DNA of 34,780 bases. It comes from a virus. Shown here in pieces: positions 32,393 to 34,780 of this stretch. The stretch covers positions 1-34,780 of the IMG/VR virus record IMGVR_UViG_3300045988_034891. One strand, written 5' to 3'. Position numbers and translations under genes: made by a program. A model generated the notes under the pieces. It saw only the letters and a program-made list of their open reading frames with translations, was not told the origin of the DNA and did no database searches. The stretch's first letter is position 1. Every line of letters begins with the position of its first letter.

Positions 32393-32446
32393 TGAGATAG
32401 ATTCACAATGCAATGTAAATCAATCAACAGAAAGGAGCGAACGACA

Positions 32447-32632
32447 ATGAAAATCACAGTCAAAGGAAACAGCAACGAAAAACTGGAAATTAGAGCAGAT
32501 GAAGGACTAGACAAGGCAGAACCGATTCTTCAAGTAATAAGAAAGATGTCCCGAAAATTGAGACATCTTCTTAAAAACGGATATGAAATTGACTTAACAA
32601 TTAGTAATGAGAATAGCCCTCTGGAAGAGTAA
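32447..32632 (+). CDS. First early-operon protein (61 aa), hypothetical, with no obvious HTH
   Basis: AAAGGAG SD and an ATG at 32447. Confidence 0.5.
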   Translation: MKITVKGNSNEKLEIRADEGLDKAEPILQVIRKMSRKLRHLLKNGYEIDLTISNENSPLEE

Positions 32633-32816
32633 CAGAATCGATCATATCTTCTTCACTACTGGAAGAATCATGAACATAGTCAAGAACAACGGTTTCACAA
32701 TCCAGTTCGTCGTCTTCTCCATCAGGGTCAAGAATGGAAAGTGAAACATATTCGAAACCTTCGTCTTGAGCAGACTTTAAACTCTCAAGAAGTTCTGAAA
32801 TATTATAAACAAACAT
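32601..32816 (-). CDS. Small, strongly acidic protein (71 aa), antisense to the early operon
   Basis: AAGGGG SD 9 nt before the ATG at 32816. It has its own promoter TTGCAA (32889-32894), 17 nt, TATACT (32866-32871) on the - strand. About one third of residues are D/E. Confidence 0.55.
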   Translation of the reverse strand: MFVYNISELLESLKSAQDEGFEYVSLSILDPDGEDDELDCETVVLDYVHDSSSSEEDMIDSVTLPEGYSHY

Positions 32817-32927
32817 GACAAAATCCCCTTTCTTTCGTACTTGGTGCGGTAACACCTGTATAAAAAGTATATGAAAGAAAAAGAGAATTTGCAATAGTAA
32901 TCAATCAACAGAAAGGAGCGAAATCAG

Positions 32928-33272
32928 ATGCGCAGAATTAGAGCAAAAGTGGAATTTAAAGAAAGCCCGATTCTTAGCGACGTAAGACGCGTTAAACAAT
33001 ATTTAATGTATGCAAGATCACTGTTGACATTAGACATCAGAACGAAGTTGACAGAAGATTCAACGGTCGATCTGGCACTGGAAACAGAAGGCGCAGGCAT
33101 AGAAAAAGAAGGAATGTACCTTTTCGGGGAAGTGGATTTTGAAAAAGAAGAGGAACTTTCAAAAGAAATTTGCGATTTATGCGAAGAACTGGCACAGAAG
33201 ACAAGAGAGTACGACGCACTGATGAAATTCGAACTTTTGCGGACGTCAGAAGAACCGGACACCCGTAAATAG
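32928..33272 (+). CDS. Hypothetical early protein
   Basis: Same 24-nt leader/SD as the gene at 32447. Confidence 0.55.
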   Translation: MRRIRAKVEFKESPILSDVRRVKQYLMYARSLLTLDIRTKLTEDSTVDLALETEGAGIEKEGMYLFGEVDFEKEEELSKEICDLCEELAQKTREYDALMKFELLRTSEEPDTRK

Positions 33273-33461
33273 TTACTTACGCTGTGAAATGTTTTCTAAT
33301 TTCTGAATAGCCGATTTAGTTTCTTCGAAAAGAGCGCGGAAGGCGATTTCCATGTCTTCTGGAAGATCAAGAGCTTTTATTCGGTTTTCTACTTTAGAAG
33401 AAAATTCGTAAGTAATGCCAGTATCTTTTTTGGGATCTGGTTTCGTTGGATCGAACATCAT
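33273..33461 (-). CDS. Small hypothetical protein, antisense orientation
   Basis: AAGGGGG SD 8 nt before ATGATG. A TATAAT box lies upstream on the - strand. Confidence 0.55.
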   Translation of the reverse strand: MMFDPTKPDPKKDTGITYEFSSKVENRIKALDLPEDMEIAFRALFEETKSAIQKLENISQRK

Positions 33462-33532
33462 AAAAACACCCCCTTTCTATCGTGATTATACAACGGAAGA
33501 AAGGGGACCACCACAAGAAAGGAGAATGAACC

Positions 33533-33739
33533 ATGTACAAGAATTTAGTTGAGATCCTGAAAAGAAAAGGAATCACGATCAAAGCGTATGCGGAACTGTT
33601 GGGAATCTCTGAAAAGTCCGCACAGAACAAAATCTACGCAAGAACAGAGTTCACACTGGGCGAAGCACTGAAAACGTGCGCGTTAATGCCGGAGTATAAA
33701 ATGGACTATGTTTTCGCAATGGAAGAGAAGGTGGCGTAA
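33533..33739 (+). CDS. HTH DNA-binding protein (Cro/antirepressor-like)
   Basis: GITIKAYAELLGISEKSAQNKIYARTEF helix-turn-helix pattern. AAAGGAG SD. Confidence 0.65.
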   Translation: MYKNLVEILKRKGITIKAYAELLGISEKSAQNKIYARTEFTLGEALKTCALMPEYKMDYVFAMEEKVA

Positions 33740-33943
33740 ATGACATTCTACAAACCATTAACGCCCGCCTTCCGATCCGATATCACGGCTGGCATACATA
33801 AAAACATGACAGAGTTAAACGCCTGTCAGCCGAACGCCTTAGTCAATATACAGAAGATCGGGTTAAATCAGTTACAGAAGTTAATAAACGCACTTCCTGA
33901 CGGCTATCCGATACCACTGGAAAGGAGAAGCGGCAGCGAATGA
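33740..33943 (+). CDS. Hypothetical protein
   Basis: The start abuts the previous stop (TAAATG). Confidence 0.5.
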   Translation: MTFYKPLTPAFRSDITAGIHKNMTELNACQPNALVNIQKIGLNQLQKLINALPDGYPIPLERRSGSE

Positions 33944-34236
33944 GCAAAAGAAAAATTGAATCCTACATCATAGCGGCAGCAGTCGCGGCTTTTATTTCCG
34001 GTTTCGGAGCGGGAACGGCAGCAGAACAGCACACGCAGGAAGAAGCCGCCCGGCAGCAGTCAACGGAAATGGTAACTTTACAGATTTACAACGAAACACA
34101 GAAAACATGGGACACCTATCAGGGAACACTTGACAGCGAATGCGGACTTCACGGCGACTGGAAATACGAGATCATGGGAAAAGAACTGGTATTAACGGGC
34201 ACGCGCATGATCGGACAAGTCCCGGAAGGAGAGTAA
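33940..34236 (+). CDS. Hypothetical membrane-anchored protein
   Basis: N-terminal hydrophobic helix IIAAAVAAFISGFGAG. ATGA overlap with the previous gene. Confidence 0.5.
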   Translation: MSKRKIESYIIAAAVAAFISGFGAGTAAEQHTQEEAARQQSTEMVTLQIYNETQKTWDTYQGTLDSECGLHGDWKYEIMGKELVLTGTRMIGQVPEGE

Positions 34237-34752
34237 ATGGCAAGAATTAGTTTTCAAGTGCAAGTGATACCGGGCGAAAAGAAATTCAAGGACTTTCAAG
34301 AGAACTTCGAAACGATCATGGAAACGCTGTTATATTTGCAAAACGCTTTTCCGAAGATTATCGAAGATCTGGAAGATCCAGAAGACCGTTACGGCGTGGA
34401 CGTGATAATCGCATTTGACGCGGATCACATCGAAGCACCGGACGGGCAGAAGGGTTTCGGAGTATTCGACACAGACACGGATCGCATTTACATAGCGGCA
34501 GACATTCCAGAACCGGAAGAAACGCTGATCGAAACGACGGCGCATGAATTTATGCATTATATCCAGAAGATTAAAGGAAAGCCGTATTCGGAAGAAGAAG
34601 CGGAACATTTCGCCGAAACGGTCAGATATCAGGTCAAACGACGGATCACAGACACACGGGCGCAGACACAGCTAAAGAAACGACATTTCAAGAATCCGGC
34701 GCAATATATCGGAAGCAGAAAGAAAAGAAAGAAGATCGTTCGCGGCAAATAA
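34237..34752 (+). CDS. Putative zinc metallopeptidase (HExxH)
   Basis: TTAHEFMHYIQ motif. The stop lies inside the terminal 55-nt overlap, so the gene spans the artificial contig junction. Confidence 0.55.
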   Translation: MARISFQVQVIPGEKKFKDFQENFETIMETLLYLQNAFPKIIEDLEDPEDRYGVDVIIAFDADHIEAPDGQKGFGVFDTDTDRIYIAADIPEPEETLIETTAHEFMHYIQKIKGKPYSEEEAEHFAETVRYQVKRRITDTRAQTQLKKRHFKNPAQYIGSRKKRKKIVRGK

Positions 34753-34780
34753 CCGGAACGCGGGGCGATATATGAAAAAA
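34726..34780. repeat. Terminal direct repeat, copy 2
   Basis: Exact 55-nt match to nt 1-55. Confidence 0.9.

Larger units (their letters stand above)
32265..32419. promoter_or_regulatory. Four operator-like sites of consensus ACAWTGYAWTGT
   Basis: O1 TTTACATTGTAATGTAAA at 32265-32282 (8-2-8 palindrome). O2 32338-32355. O3 AACAATGCATTGTT at 32373-32386 (perfect palindrome). O4 32403-32419. Confidence 0.6.
1..34780. mobile_element. Complete circular temperate siphovirus-type phage genome (unique length about 34,725 bp)
   Basis: A full set of phage modules is present: integrase/repressor, replication, HNH-TerS-TerL, portal, protease, capsid, tail and lysis. The two ends are identical over 55 nt. 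Confidence 0.85.

Noticed and set aside
1-34780. Looked for CRISPR arrays, tRNA/tmRNA genes, IS elements, and additional TR-like or VR-like copies
   Set aside because: No regularly spaced direct repeats, no cloverleaf-like candidates, and no transposase-like ORFs or inverted terminal repeats were seen by eye. The GGCTTTTACGTGAATCTG core of the DGR repeat was noticed only twice. A computational scan (tRNAscan, a repeat finder) is still needed to be sure.

Overview
This window is a complete, circularly closed temperate phage genome. Nt 1-55 are identical to nt 34726-34780, so the unique length is about 34,725 bp. It is an HK97-like siphovirus, and its host appears to be a Firmicutes/Clostridia-type bacterium. 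Almost all genes are on the + strand. In order: (a) an early/replication module (wrapping from about 32.4 kb through the origin to 6.4 kb) with small hypotheticals, a HAD-like hydrolase, a PAPS-reductase-like PP-loop enzyme, a HUH rolling-circle Rep, a VRR-NUC nuclease and a putative late activator; (b) packaging and head genes: HNH, TerS, TerL, portal, ClpP-like protease, HK97 capsid; (c) connector and tail genes: major tail protein, G/GT chaperone with a canonical CCCAAAC -1 slippery site, tape measure, Dit, Tal, BppU-like fibre; (d) a diversity-generating retroelement; (e) XkdX, holin, and a GH25-CW_7-LysM endolysin; (f) a lysogeny module: a phage-borne 5' fragment of a miaB-like host gene (probable attP), a large serine integrase, a HIRAN-domain protein, a CI-like repressor and an operator-rich switch region. 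The strongest signal is the DGR. A 112-bp variable repeat at the 3' end of a tail-fibre-like gene differs from a downstream template repeat only at 12 template adenines. The template repeat is followed by a reverse transcriptase, and no recognisable Avd gene is present. Other points of interest are a 15-nt motif repeated three times with fixed spacing to -10-like boxes in front of the late operons, a G8 tract splitting an early gene, a structured GC-rich non-coding block next to the integrase, and antisense small genes in the early region. All functional calls come from motifs recognised by eye and have not been checked against any database.
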